Position numbers and translations under genes: made by a program. Below, piece by piece: positions 19,438 to 29,203 of a stretch of 64,000 nucleotides of DNA; positions within the stretch are counted from its first letter, which is position 1; each line of letters opens with the position of its first letter. The notes under the pieces were generated by a model. It ran no database searches. It saw only the letters and a program-made list of their open reading frames with translations, and was not told the origin of the DNA. The stretch comes from a virus (taxonomy: Duplodnaviria; Caudoviricetes), in the IMG/VR virus record IMGVR_UViG_3300037067_006044, positions 1 through 64,000 of that record; one strand, given 5' to 3'.

Positions 19438-20490
19438 ATGGAAACAGAAATATCATCTAATAAGAATGATTGGAAATGGCAACTCAAAAACTCCATTACT
19501 ACATTAGAACAGTTGAAACAAATAATAGAATTATCAGAAGAAGAGTTAGAAATCTTTAATAAAAATATCAATCTTCCATTTAAAATTACTCCTTATTATT
19601 CACAATTATTAAAATACCCAGAAATAAGAAAGACAGTTATTCCTTCTATTTTTGAATTGAATAAATATGATTATGAATATAATGATCCACTTAATGAAGA
19701 CAAATATAAAGTTACTAAAAATCTAATTCATAAATATCCTGATAGAGTATTACTTCTTTCTAATACCAATTGCTCAGTCAATTGCAGGTTTTGCACCAGA
19801 AGTAGATTAGTAGATAAAGAAAATTATACTTTAAAAGATTTTGAAGAATCATTTGAATATATAAAACAAAATACTCAGATTAGAGATGTTATTCTTTCTG
19901 GTGGGGATTTTCTTATGAATTCTAATAAAACAATAATTTATATTTTAGATAGATTAAAGAAAATAGAACATGTTGAAATTATTAGGATTGGAACTAAAAT
20001 ACCAATTGTCCTTCCTCAAAGAATTGATAATGAATTATTAAGTATTTTAGATGATTATAAACCTCTTTATATGAGTATTCATTGTACTCATCCAAAAGAA
20101 ATAACAAATGAAGTTAAAAAAGCATGTAATAGATTAGCTGATATTGGAATTGTTCTTAGAAGTCAAACAGTATTATTAAAAGATGTTAATGACAATTTAG
20201 AAACAATTAAAACATTAATGCATGAATTATTAAAGATTAGAGTTTCTCCTTATTATATTTATAGTTTAGATGAAATACAAGGAACAGAACATTTCAAAGT
20301 ACCGGTTAAAAAAGGAATTGAAATTATTAAAGGTTTAATTGGAAATACTTCCGGATTCGCTATTCCTCAATTTATAATTGATACAAGTATTGGTAAAATA
20401 CCTATTAATCCTTGTTTTTATAAAGAAGAGAATGGATATGTAGTATTACAGAATTATAAAGGAGAAGAAGTAAGATATAAAGACATATAA
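19438..20490 (+). CDS. kamA: Lysine 2,3-aminomutase-family radical SAM enzyme (KamA/EpmB)
   Basis: WKWQL, HKYPDR, CSVNCRFC, VILSGGD, RIGTK, HCTHPKE, QTVLLKDVND, PYY, GKIP. Confidence 0.9.
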   Translation: METEISSNKNDWKWQLKNSITTLEQLKQIIELSEEELEIFNKNINLPFKITPYYSQLLKYPEIRKTVIPSIFELNKYDYEYNDPLNEDKYKVTKNLIHKYPDRVLLLSNTNCSVNCRFCTRSRLVDKENYTLKDFEESFEYIKQNTQIRDVILSGGDFLMNSNKTIIYILDRLKKIEHVEIIRIGTKIPIVLPQRIDNELLSILDDYKPLYMSIHCTHPKEITNEVKKACNRLADIGIVLRSQTVLLKDVNDNLETIKTLMHELLKIRVSPYYIYSLDEIQGTEHFKVPVKKGIEIIKGLIGNTSGFAIPQFIIDTSIGKIPINPCFYKEENGYVVLQNYKGEEVRYKDI

Positions 20491-20501
20491 AAAAGAAAAA
20501 G

Positions 20502-20531
20502 AAAGTCTATAATTTAATAGTTATAGACTTT
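20502..20531. terminator. Bidirectional terminator between convergent units
   Basis: 11-bp stem aaagtctataa/ttatagacttt with A and T tracts; near-copy of 472-501. Confidence 0.75.
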
Positions 20532-20682
20532 TTTGATTTTATTTTCTTTTCTTATGTTTCCCTGGTAATAATTTTTTTGCATAAGCTCTCAATTGGTTTT
20601 GGTTCAACATATTCCAATTGATATTTTATGTCTTCTTCTATTAACTTCATTAATTTTTCTTTTTGTTCTTGTTTCATGATTT

Positions 20683-21051
20683 TTATTTTAAATTTTGTTT
20701 AATATTTTCTAATATATTTACCACTTTATCAAATTGTTCTTTCAATTTTGCATATTTTGCTCCTTCACTATTTTTAGAAATATAATTTGATTTCCATCTT
20801 TCAAATTTAGTATTTCCTAATTCTTCCATTTCTTTATAATCTTTTGTTATTTCGTTAAAAAATGGTTCGACATCAATTTCGATTCCATTGATTTTCATTT
20901 CAATATCAAGTTCTCCAGTTTGTTGAAAATGATCATTACATATTTGAGATGAATTTGTGTCATTGGTATTAGTGAAAACAATATAAGTTAATAAATCTTC
21001 TATTGTTCTTCCATAATTTCTATCTAAGTAATTTCTAAATTGAATTTTCAT
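20683..21051 (-). CDS. Hypothetical protein
   Basis: Minus-strand operon. Confidence 0.65.
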   Translation of the reverse strand: MKIQFRNYLDRNYGRTIEDLLTYIVFTNTNDTNSSQICNDHFQQTGELDIEMKINGIEIDVEPFFNEITKDYKEMEELGNTKFERWKSNYISKNSEGAKYAKLKEQFDKVVNILENIKQNLK

Positions 21052-21096
21052 AATATTTATTTTTAAATTTTAATTATTATAAACTTTTAATTTTAT

Positions 21097-21306
21097 CTAA
21101 TCATAATTAATTGAAGAGGAAGCATATTCAGTATCAACAAATACATCATTTATTGGCATAACATCTGATTTATTTAACCATTCCCACGGAGGATATACTC
21201 TATTTCCGTCATTATAATAACATATCATTATTTTGTTACCAACTACTAATGACACTCTTCCAACTCTATCATTTTTTATATTTTTAATTGCGTCATCTCT
21301 TTTCAT
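21097..21306 (-). CDS. Hypothetical protein
   Basis: Downstream of host-type promoter 21339-21370. Confidence 0.6.
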   Translation of the reverse strand: MKRDDAIKNIKNDRVGRVSLVVGNKIMICYYNDGNRVYPPWEWLNKSDVMPINDVFVDTEYASSSINYD

Positions 21307-21338
21307 AATTTATTAAATTTTAAATTGTTTTTCATTTA

Positions 21339-21370
21339 CAAATATAATATTCTTTTTCAATATAAGCAAA
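21339..21370 (-). promoter_or_regulatory. Bacteroidota-type promoter
   Basis: TTTG-N20-TATATTTG. Confidence 0.7.
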
Positions 21371-21396
21371 TTATTTTAAAGAAAAATTAATTTATT

Positions 21397-21735
21397 TTAA
21401 AATGGTAAATCGTCTTCTTCTATAATAAGTTCTTCTTCATTTGGATTTAATAATTTATATTTCAGATATTTTATATCACATTTTAATTTACTTATTATAG
21501 TTTTATTATAATCAATTTTATTTCTAACAATATTTCTTAATAAGGTATAATTATCGACATTGGCAATCCATAAATCTCTATTAGATGTAGAATAAATTAA
21601 ATCTTCTATTTGTTTTAAAGTTTTATTATAATGAATGATACTAAATTCTAATTCTTCTTTAATTTTCAATAAAGATTCGTTGGTAATTTCTAACTCTTTT
21701 ATTCTTGTTTTTAATTGTTTGATTTCTTCATTCAT
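21397..21735 (-). CDS. Coiled-coil protein with SSB-like acidic tail
   Basis: Ends EEDDLPF. Confidence 0.65.
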   Translation of the reverse strand: MNEEIKQLKTRIKELEITNESLLKIKEELEFSIIHYNKTLKQIEDLIYSTSNRDLWIANVDNYTLLRNIVRNKIDYNKTIISKLKCDIKYLKYKLLNPNEEELIIEEDDLPF

Positions 21736-21739
21736 AATT

Positions 21740-21949
21740 TTAGTAATTAAGACGTGTTTTAATTATTTGTTTTAATTCTTCAATAGTAAATTCTTCTTTT
21801 GAATTATTAACTAATTTTTCAATTTCGTGAAGTAAACCAATTTCAGCGTCTTCATAACTTCTATTTGCATTTTTTAATAAATAAGAAATAGACTCTAATT
21901 TATTTAAAACTGCCTTATTTTCTTGTTCTTCTATTTTATATTTTCTCAT
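21740..21949 (-). CDS. Hypothetical protein
   Basis: Operon packing. Confidence 0.6.
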   Translation of the reverse strand: MRKYKIEEQENKAVLNKLESISYLLKNANRSYEDAEIGLLHEIEKLVNNSKEEFTIEELKQIIKTRLNY

Positions 21950-21953
21950 TGTT

Positions 21954-22700
21954 TTATAAATTATTAAAATGTTTTTTTAATTTATTGACAATTACACTAC
22001 CACCATGCATTTCATCTACAACTCTTTTTATTTCAATATCGATTTCTGAATTTAATTTAGTTGTATAGTTTCTTCTAGAATTATTTATTTGAGTTCTTTG
22101 TTCTTTTATAGAATCAAAATCATATTTCTTTTCAATTTGTTTTCTTAATATACTTACTTCATCATCTATTTTATATTTGATGTCATAAAATTTATTATCT
22201 AATTCTTTTTCCTTTGTTTTTAATTCTTCTAATTTTTCAAGCTTACTATTTATTTTTTCTTTTAACTCATCAACTAATTCTTTTTCTGATTTTAATGGTT
22301 CTTTAAATTCAAATGTTTTAGTTAATAATGAAATTATATTATCAGAATTGAGTAAATTTAATGTTTTGAGTGTTTTTAGAGAATTAATAAATTGTTTGAA
22401 TTTCGGTTTAAATGTTTCAAAATTAAAAACTATGTTTGTTATTTCTTTATCCTTTTTAGTAGTAATATTTACTTCATCCAATCCATTTTCATAATTGAAA
22501 GCGAATGCGAAAGACAAATCAATATTAGTTTTAAATTGATATATTCTCATAAAATCACTTTCAACTCCTTTTTTGTGATTATATCGATAATATTTTTCTG
22601 GAGATTTACTCAATTCTACTTTATTGCATATTTGTGAATCTATTAATAATTCGTTCAAACTATTGAATAAATCTTTTAGTTTTGACATTGGTGTTTCCAT
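21954..22700 (-). CDS. Hypothetical coiled-coil protein
   Basis: 248 aa, K/E-rich C-terminal half. Confidence 0.7.
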   Translation of the reverse strand: METPMSKLKDLFNSLNELLIDSQICNKVELSKSPEKYYRYNHKKGVESDFMRIYQFKTNIDLSFAFAFNYENGLDEVNITTKKDKEITNIVFNFETFKPKFKQFINSLKTLKTLNLLNSDNIISLLTKTFEFKEPLKSEKELVDELKEKINSKLEKLEELKTKEKELDNKFYDIKYKIDDEVSILRKQIEKKYDFDSIKEQRTQINNSRRNYTTKLNSEIDIEIKRVVDEMHGGSVIVNKLKKHFNNL

Positions 22701-22710
22701 ATCTTTTTAA

Positions 22711-23013
22711 TTATTTTTTGTTTTTATATTCTTCAAAATATTCATTAATTGTTTTATAATCATATTCATTTGTAGAATCGATAAAATAACCTGATTCAAA
22801 TGAATTATATTCAACAACAGCTAATTCTTTTATTTGTCTTTCAATTTTTTCTTTAGTTGGTAAAAAGAATTGTTTCTTTTCATTCCAAACATCAAATATA
22901 GAGTTGTTAGTAGAACCATATTTTTGAATGTTTTCTTCACATTCACTTATTAAATAATTAGTTCTTTTTAATTCCAATTCTTTCTCTTCTAATAATTCTG
23001 ATATTATGTTCAT
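22711..23013 (-). CDS. Hypothetical protein
   Basis: Operon packing. Confidence 0.6.
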   Translation of the reverse strand: MNIISELLEEKELELKRTNYLISECEENIQKYGSTNNSIFDVWNEKKQFFLPTKEKIERQIKELAVVEYNSFESGYFIDSTNEYDYKTINEYFEEYKNKK

Positions 23014-23030
23014 ATATTTAAGTCTTAAAT

Positions 23031-23399
23031 TTAATATTCTTCATCAAATAAAACACTCGGATTTTCCATATGATATCTTTCAATTTCAAAATAAATTTTT
23101 GATTTTATATTAATCATATTTGGATATTGTTTACCTGTTGGCAAATGATTGTATATTTTTATTTTATCGTAAATATTAAGTTCATGTAAATATAAAACTT
23201 CATTTTTAGGAGGAATATCCCATTTGTGATAAGTTAATATTATATCAGGTAAACAAGTTGTTCTACCAGATGTATTTATAGTCGGAAGAATAAATATATG
23301 ATTTTGATATTGCATCACAACATCTCCAATTTTTAATTCATTTATCCATTCTTTTCTATATTGTGGATTAATATAATCTTTTTCTACCTTATATAACAT
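23031..23399 (-). CDS. Hypothetical protein
   Basis: First gene after promoter 23422-23452. Confidence 0.6.
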   Translation of the reverse strand: MLYKVEKDYINPQYRKEWINELKIGDVVMQYQNHIFILPTINTSGRTTCLPDIILTYHKWDIPPKNEVLYLHELNIYDKIKIYNHLPTGKQYPNMINIKSKIYFEIERYHMENPSVLFDEEY

Positions 23400-23421
23400 A
23401 ATTTATATTTTTAATTATTTA

Positions 23422-23452
23422 CAAATATAATATTAATTTTAATATAAACAAA
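23422..23452 (-). promoter_or_regulatory. Bacteroidota-type promoter
   Basis: TTTG-N19-TATATTTG. Confidence 0.7.
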
Positions 23453-23545
23453 ATAATTTAACATAAAAATTTAATAATTATTTTAATCATTTCTTTTTAT
23501 TTTAATTCTTAATTTATTATATTTTTAAATAAATAAAATATACAC

Positions 23546-23851
23546 ATGACAAAAGAACAATTAATAAAACAATATACTGATTTAGGCATTAATAAAAATA
23601 AAATAATAATTGTTGATTTACCGTCTAATTGCTATTCGATAACAAGAAAAAGAATAGTGAATGATGATTATTTAGAAATCATAACAGAAAATAATCAAAT
23701 TCGAGCAAGTATAGAAAATAATAGAACTGTTAATTGTTTTAGTTCATATCCAGATTTTATCAATGTTGAAAAAGCAAATAAAGATGGAATTATTATTATG
23801 AAAAATGACAAGGAAAATATATTAAGATATGCTTATTGTCCAACAGAATAA
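23546..23851 (+). CDS. Hypothetical protein
   Basis: Follows TATATTTTTA motif at 23518-23527. Confidence 0.6.
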   Translation: MTKEQLIKQYTDLGINKNKIIIVDLPSNCYSITRKRIVNDDYLEIITENNQIRASIENNRTVNCFSSYPDFINVEKANKDGIIIMKNDKENILRYAYCPTE

Positions 23852-23955
23852 ATAATAAAAATGAAATATAGTAAAGAATATTTGGAATTATTTTTAAAAG
23901 CGGCATATTAAGAACCAATATTAATCGAAAATAAGAATAAATATAAATAAAAAAA

Positions 23956-24447
23956 ATGAATAATATTATAAAATATTTCCTTAATAAAATTAAACTTCAT
24001 GATAAAATTGATAAAAAAAATTCAATAGATATATTTCAAGAAATAAATATTCAAAAGCAATTTTATATTGATGGGTTAATAAAAACTTTTGGTATTAATA
24101 CAGAATTAATGTTTTTAATATCACAACTCAATAATATATATGATTTAGATGAATTGAAAAATACTTATAATATAATAATTCAAAAGCAATTTTATATTAA
24201 TAAATTAATAGAAACTTTTGGCAATATAGAGATATCTTTTTTAAAATCACAATTTGACAATATATATGATTTAGATGAATTGAAAAATGCATATAATATA
24301 ATGATTGATTATTATAATAGTATAAATTTAATCATTAAAGAAAATCCATTACAGCATAAAAAAATAATAGATATTTTAACTTCAAATGAACCGCCACTTT
24401 TTAATCATAATTATGTAGAAAATCTTATAAAGCAAAATAATGAATAA
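23956..24447 (+). CDS. Hypothetical protein with internal ~43-aa tandem duplication
   Basis: IQKQFYI..LI.TFG...SQ..NIYDLDELKN.YNI occurs twice. Confidence 0.65.
   Translation: MNNIIKYFLNKIKLHDKIDKKNSIDIFQEINIQKQFYIDGLIKTFGINTELMFLISQLNNIYDLDELKNTYNIIIQKQFYINKLIETFGNIEISFLKSQFDNIYDLDELKNAYNIMIDYYNSINLIIKENPLQHKKIIDILTSNEPPLFNHNYVENLIKQNNE
24049..24303 (+). repeat. Two-copy tandem duplication, about 127 bp per unit
   Basis: attcaaaagcaattttatatt and caatatatatgatttagatgaattgaaaaat-like blocks repeated. Confidence 0.8.
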
Positions 24448-24970
24448 TATAATTAAATATAATGGAATAATTCATTTTGACCCAATTAATGAAACTAAGA
24501 AACATATTCTTCAATCAGATTGGAAATATGTTGCTTTAGTTTTATTGGATGAAGATATTTCTAAATATTATTCCTGGTTTCTATATAAAAGATATAATAT
24601 CAAATTAAATAAAGTTTTAAGAGGAAGTCATATTTCATTTATTAATGATTCTTATAATGATATAAGTAAAGGATTAGGAATAGATAATAAAGAAATTATA
24701 AATGAAAAATGGAATGAATTAAAACTTAAATATGATAATACTAACATTGATATTTATTTAGATTTAGATGTTCGTTCAAATTCAAAACATTGGTGGATGA
24801 ACATTCCTGAAATTCATAGAACTGAATTATATAATATTAGAAAAGAAATTAGATTGGGAAGACCTTTCTTTGGACTTCATATAAGTTTAGGTTATTGTAA
24901 TGAAGAGAATATAAAACAATCAGAATATATTTTAAATCTTATAAATAAATTTGGAAATGAATATAACTAA
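24440..24970 (+). CDS. 2H phosphoesterase superfamily protein
   Basis: Two Hx(S/T) motifs about 80 aa apart: GSHISF and GLHISL. Confidence 0.65.
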   Translation: MNNIIKYNGIIHFDPINETKKHILQSDWKYVALVLLDEDISKYYSWFLYKRYNIKLNKVLRGSHISFINDSYNDISKGLGIDNKEIINEKWNELKLKYDNTNIDIYLDLDVRSNSKHWWMNIPEIHRTELYNIRKEIRLGRPFFGLHISLGYCNEENIKQSEYILNLINKFGNEYN

Positions 24971-24986
24971 CATAAATATATAAATT

Positions 24987-25178
24987 ATGAATGGAAAAGA
25001 AAATAAATTTATTTCGCCATCAATAAATGGTGAAATGGAAATGTATGTAAATCCAAAATTACTTGCGATAGAATTTGCAAAATGGGTTAGTAATCAACAA
25101 GTATTAGATGATTTTTGGTCGATGAGTAGAGAAGTTCACGAAGAATCGTATGAACTTTTCTTAAAATCAATACAATAA
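24987..25178 (+). CDS. Hypothetical protein
   Basis: Operon packing. Confidence 0.55.
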   Translation: MNGKENKFISPSINGEMEMYVNPKLLAIEFAKWVSNQQVLDDFWSMSREVHEESYELFLKSIQ

Positions 25179-25208
25179 TTTAATTGAAATAACTTAAATA
25201 TATAAATT

Positions 25209-25397
25209 ATGAAAGAAACATTAATAGTATTATTTGTTTTTTATTGCATTCAAATATTAGTAATATCGGCAGTTGTTTTGGATGATAATAATAGAAATAC
25301 TTTTAAAAATAAATTAGAAATTCTATTATATTATATTCCATATAGTTGGATAGTTTTAATTGGAATTAAATTAATAAACAAAATAAAAGAATATTAA
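25209..25397 (+). CDS. Small membrane protein
   Basis: Two hydrophobic segments. Confidence 0.6.
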   Translation: MKETLIVLFVFYCIQILVISAVVLDDNNRNTFKNKLEILLYYIPYSWIVLIGIKLINKIKEY

Positions 25398-25400
25398 ATT

Positions 25401-26438
25401 ATGAACAACATATCAGCAAAAATTATAGCAGATTCTATCAATAAACGAGGAGATAGAATAACAACATTTCTTCTTACCTATCCAAGAATCATTCATGCAG
25501 AAGTAATGACTCATAGAATGTTTTCAAAGAACTCAAGTTCGAGTAGAGCAATTCCGTTTGAAAAAATGTTAGAAGAAGTTACAAATAATCCATTTATTCC
25601 AATTGCATTTCAAAAAACTCATAAAGGAATGCAAGGAAATGAATATTTTGATGATTATGAAAGTCATAAACAAATGGAAACAATTTGGTTAAAAGGAAGA
25701 GATAAATCAATTGAACAAGCTAAGAATTTAAATTCTGAAGGTGTTACAAAACAATTATGTAATAGATTATTAGAACCGTATTTATATCACACTATTTTAT
25801 TAACTGGTACTGATTTCAATAATTTCTTTGATTTACGATGTCCGAAATATGAAATATTAGATGGATATGGACAAATGAATTATTATAAAAGTAAAAATGA
25901 AATAATTAAAACTTATCCTTATTCACATTTCGAATCTAAATCTGTAAAATGGTTGAATATAAATAAATCACAAGCAGAAATACATATACAAGATTTATCA
26001 GAAAAAATGTATGACTGTTATAATGAAAATATCCCAACTCAATTACAAGAAGGAGAATGGCATATTCCATTTAATGATAAAATGAATGATTGTAAAATCA
26101 TATCAATGTTTGATAATTATAATACAATGGATGAAGGAGATGAACAATTGAATAAATTATTAGAATATAAAATTAAAATATCAACTGCAAGATGTGCAAG
26201 ATTAAGTTATATGACATTTGATAATGAAATAGATTATGAAAAAGATTTAGAATTACATAATAGATTATTAGAATCAAGGCATTACAGTCCTTTTGAACAT
26301 TGTTCTAAAACAATGACAGAAGAAGAATATAATAAATTCAGTAAAAAATATATTGATAAAAATGGAATAGAAACTGAAGAATTTGGTTGGTGTAGAAATT
26401 TTAAAGGATTTATTCAATATCGACATTTAATAGATTAA
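25401..26438 (+). CDS. thyX: Flavin-dependent thymidylate synthase
   Basis: YPRIIHAEVMTHRMFSKNSSSSRAIP, KQLCNRLLEP, NFFDLR, ARCARLSY, HYSPFEH. Confidence 0.9.
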   Translation: MNNISAKIIADSINKRGDRITTFLLTYPRIIHAEVMTHRMFSKNSSSSRAIPFEKMLEEVTNNPFIPIAFQKTHKGMQGNEYFDDYESHKQMETIWLKGRDKSIEQAKNLNSEGVTKQLCNRLLEPYLYHTILLTGTDFNNFFDLRCPKYEILDGYGQMNYYKSKNEIIKTYPYSHFESKSVKWLNINKSQAEIHIQDLSEKMYDCYNENIPTQLQEGEWHIPFNDKMNDCKIISMFDNYNTMDEGDEQLNKLLEYKIKISTARCARLSYMTFDNEIDYEKDLELHNRLLESRHYSPFEHCSKTMTEEEYNKFSKKYIDKNGIETEEFGWCRNFKGFIQYRHLID

Positions 26439-26455
26439 TTTTAAATATAAATAAC

Positions 26456-26704
26456 ATGAAAAAGAAATTAGAAGAAGTTGAAGCATTAAAAACTGCTAAT
26501 TCAGACATTCAAAAAGAAAAAGGAAAATCAATTAATTTTAATACTCAATCTGAAGAATATTTAGAAGAATTTTATGATGACAGAAATTCTACTAAAGAAG
26601 ATGTTTTCTATGAAGAAGGAGACGGAATGTTTGAAATATTTTGGAAAAAATTAACAAGAAAAATTAATAAAAAAAATTATAATTTAAAAACAAATTTAAT
26701 ATGA
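26456..26704 (+). CDS. Hypothetical protein with FEIFWKKL module
   Basis: Shares its C-terminal module with the next gene. Confidence 0.6.
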   Translation: MKKKLEEVEALKTANSDIQKEKGKSINFNTQSEEYLEEFYDDRNSTKEDVFYEEGDGMFEIFWKKLTRKINKKNYNLKTNLI

Positions 26705-26925
26705 AACTTTTTAAAATTGGTGACAAATGTAAATGCAAATTGAAAGACGGAACTATTGAAAAATTCGAAATAATATCGATTGAAAAAGAACAAGAAAAAT
26801 ATATAGCAATAAAAGAAGAAACTAAAGAGAAAATTGCATGTTATTTTAATTGCACAATAGCAAAACAAAATATATTTGAAATATTTTGGAAGAAATTAAT
26901 AAGAAAGATAAACAAAAGAAAATAA
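26701..26925 (+). CDS. Hypothetical protein with FEIFWKKL module
   Basis: ATGA overlap; FKIGDKC start. Confidence 0.6.
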   Translation: MKLFKIGDKCKCKLKDGTIEKFEIISIEKEQEKYIAIKEETKEKIACYFNCTIAKQNIFEIFWKKLIRKINKRK

Positions 26926-26927
26926 TT

Positions 26928-27153
26928 ATGAAAAAAATATTATTAATAATTTTATTCGAAATATTATTAACTAATTGTACTGATAGAATTTGAAATAGTT
27001 GACACTTTAAATATAAATAAAAATGGATTTGCAGAATTACTTAGTATTGATATTTTATTAAAAATAGACACAACATCAAATATTTATTTTGGTAAAATAG
27101 ATAATCAAGGAAATTTAATTTATTTTAATCCTAAAGCAATAAAAATTAAATAA
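26928..27153 (+). pseudogene. Frameshifted lipoprotein-like gene
   Basis: MKKILLIILFEILLTNC (lipobox-like) stops early; another frame continues EIVDTLNINKNG...YFNPKAIKIK. Confidence 0.4.
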
Positions 27154-27155
27154 AT

Positions 27156-27341
27156 ATGTTGAAATTTGAAGAAATAATGTCTTTGGATATTTGTAGAAAT
27201 GTATGTATCAGAAATATTGAAAGAATATCCAATATAGAAAATAAAGATGAAAATAGAAATCCATTTGATAATATTCAAGTTTGGAAAAATAAATTAAATT
27301 TAATAGAAGACAGATTAAATCAATTAGTTCTTACTCTTTAA
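27156..27341 (+). CDS. Hypothetical protein
   Basis: Operon packing. Confidence 0.55.
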   Translation: MLKFEEIMSLDICRNVCIRNIERISNIENKDENRNPFDNIQVWKNKLNLIEDRLNQLVLTL

Positions 27342-27529
27342 AATAAATAAATATGAAATGTACAGTTTGTAGAAAACAAATATTAAATGAATCATACCAA
27401 ATAAAAATAAATTCTGATGTAGTCGTATGTTCTAAAGAATGCTTAGATTATTATAATAAAACTAAAAATGATATTGATTTTGGAGAAGATATAAGAGATA
27501 TTATTAATAATCAATTCGATTTCTAAATA

Positions 27530-28129
27530 ATGAAAATATTAGAAAAGGCAATTAGATTTATAATCGAAAATAATAAAGGAAATTATAATTCATATCATAA
27601 TTATGAACATCTTTTAACTGTTTATAATTCAGTAATGGAAATAGCTCAAAATGAATTATTTTCAAATAAATTAGAATCAAATAAAACAATATTAGAATTA
27701 TCATCTTTATTTCACGATTTTAATCATTTAGGAATAAAAACGGATGACCAAAATAATATAGATTTAGCAATAGAAGGATTTGAACAATTTTATAATCAAA
27801 ATAAAGAAGAAATAACAGAATCACAAAAATCAGAAATTATAAGATTAATCCAATCAACAAAATTTCCATATAATGAAAACTCAAACGATATTTTAATTAA
27901 TATTATTAGAGATGCTGATATGAGTTCTTTATTTAAAGACAATTTTATTTTTACTGGTGTATTTGGATTAGCAAAAGAATTTAATATTGATATAAAGCAA
28001 CAAGTTAAAAATCAAATTAAATTTCTAAACAATATTCGATTTAATACTAAATACTGTATTAAGAAATGGTATGAAATTTATAGTTATAAAATAGGAGAAT
28101 TAATTGAATTAGATAATTTATTAACTTAA
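27530..28129 (+). CDS. HD-domain phosphohydrolase with PDEase-like signature
   Basis: YHNYEH, LFHDFNH, IRDADM. Confidence 0.85.
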   Translation: MKILEKAIRFIIENNKGNYNSYHNYEHLLTVYNSVMEIAQNELFSNKLESNKTILELSSLFHDFNHLGIKTDDQNNIDLAIEGFEQFYNQNKEEITESQKSEIIRLIQSTKFPYNENSNDILINIIRDADMSSLFKDNFIFTGVFGLAKEFNIDIKQQVKNQIKFLNNIRFNTKYCIKKWYEIYSYKIGELIELDNLLT

Positions 28130-28444
28130 AAAAATATAAATATTATGGAATGGAAAGATAAACATATTTATTAAATGAAAAATTAAATGAAGAATTATAT
28201 AATAGTTCTGATAAAACAAGAGTAATATCAAAGTTTTTATTATTTCCTAAATGTATTAATGGTGTTTGGAAATGGTTAGAAAGAGTAAATATAAAACAAT
28301 CATTTTATAAATATCAAACTGAACATTATGATTATATTTATGAATGGAATGATGATGATTGGTGTTAATAATAAAAAATGTTGTTTATTATACACATTTC
28401 TAACGATTCTGTTGAAAATAAACAACATTTTATAAAAACAAAAT

Positions 28445-29194
28445 ATGAGTAATCAAATTATTTTAGGAGATGCACTTACTTCTCTTTCACAATTTCCAAA
28501 TGGTTATTTTAATTCTATTATTTCAGATATTCCATATTTTGTTTTAAAGAATGTTGGTTGGGATAATCAATGGAAATCATTAGATGAATATTTATTATTT
28601 ATGGATAAAATATTCTTAGAATATAAAAGAATAATTAAAGAAGACGGAAATCTTTTTATCTTTACTGGAAGACAATATAATAGACACATCTGTATGTTGC
28701 TTGATAAATACTTTATTGAACAAAGAATTATTATTTGGAGTAGAAAAAGATTTAATGAAACAAGAGGTAAAGCATTAAGTAGTGGATATGAACCAATTTG
28801 TTTCTATTCTAATTCTTCAGATTTTACATTTAATAATATCAAAATAAAAGTTGAAAGTGATAGAAAAGAATATACCACTGGAATATTAAAAGACGGAATT
28901 AATTTAAGTGATGTTTGGAACGATATTCCTGCTCTTCCTCATAATTCTAAAGAAAGAATAAAAGAACATCCAAGTCAAAAACCAATTAATTTTATTAAAA
29001 GAATATTAGAAATTGGTACTAATGAAAATGATATTGTATTGGATAATTTTGCTGGAACTGGTACTCTTGGCGATGCTTGTTTGGATATGAATAGAAACTT
29101 TGTACTTATTGATAATAATGAAGAATATATCAATATAATAAATAAAAGAATAAACTCAAATAAAACTAAGAATGAATTATTTGAGTTTAATTAA
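28445..29194 (+). CDS. N4/N6 DNA methyltransferase, beta class
   Basis: DIPY, HPSQKP, DNFAGTGT; ends KNELFEFN. Confidence 0.9.
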   Translation: MSNQIILGDALTSLSQFPNGYFNSIISDIPYFVLKNVGWDNQWKSLDEYLLFMDKIFLEYKRIIKEDGNLFIFTGRQYNRHICMLLDKYFIEQRIIIWSRKRFNETRGKALSSGYEPICFYSNSSDFTFNNIKIKVESDRKEYTTGILKDGINLSDVWNDIPALPHNSKERIKEHPSQKPINFIKRILEIGTNENDIVLDNFAGTGTLGDACLDMNRNFVLIDNNEEYINIINKRINSNKTKNELFEFN

Positions 29195-29203
29195 ATTGTT
29201 TTA

